From Octopus bimaculoides (Eukaryota), in the NCBI RefSeq assembly GCF_001194135.2, contig NC_068986.1, positions 7,080,436 through 7,144,435 of the forward strand: DNA of 64,000 bases, given 5' to 3'. The notes beneath the pieces are model-generated. The model was not told the origin of the DNA. It made no database searches and saw only the letters and a list, made by a program, of their open reading frames with translations. Both the position numbers and the translations under genes were made by a program. Of this stretch, positions 63,761 through 64,000 are shown one piece after another (position 1 is the first letter of the stretch; each line of letters starts with the position of its first letter).

Positions 63761-64000
63761 GGGGTTGGACAAAATAATAGAAACACCTAGCATCATAATT
63801 TTGAAATATCTATAAAACCGTCAAAAGCTTGTTTATTTCTATGTTTTTATTTATTTATTATTAGTGTTGCTCAATATGTTTTGCTAAAATTGCTGTTTCT
63901 TTTCAGATATAATCAGAAAAAGGTAATTAAAATTCATTAAAATGACAGATCTATAGGACTTTCAAAGAGGTCAAATTGTTGGTGCTTGTATATAAGGCAC
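63759..64000 (+). mobile_element. Tc1-like transposon 5' end inserted in (TA)n
   Basis: TA|CCGGGGTTGGACAAAATAATAGAAACACC ITR-like start; ATG 63942 MTDL*DFQRGQIVGA, a Tc1 transposase N-terminus with stops. Confidence 0.85.

Overview
AT-rich, repeat-dense animal genomic DNA with 8 assembly gaps. The RTE-LINE 3' ends with (GAT)n tails, tRNA-derived SINEs and dense microsatellites suggest an octopus/coleoid genome (inference). One gene is solid: five phase-consistent coding exons of WDR37 on the + strand (48299-63420), continuing past the window. A weaker minus-strand exon chain and two CpG-rich promoter-like patches (about 19.5 kb and 35.4-36.4 kb) are also present. The rest is layered mobile-element debris: RTE LINEs, CR1/L2-like LINEs, two mariners, a Tc1 5' end, a Gypsy gag-pro-RT remnant, MITEs and a Helitron-like end. 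The top finding is an internally deleted CsRn1-like LTR element whose 5' LTR is followed by about 10 tandem units of [LTR terminus copy + tRNA-Trp primer-binding site + variable spacer] (32012-32405). Other notable items are a U6 snRNA/RTE chimera, an RTE with a twin-priming-like inversion carrying a nested 141-bp MITE, a 104-nt near-perfect palindrome in a WDR37 intron, a hammerhead-like core and a TTAGGG-containing foldback element. All translations and alignments were done by eye; repeat boundaries are approximate unless TIR/TSD or splice sites are quoted.
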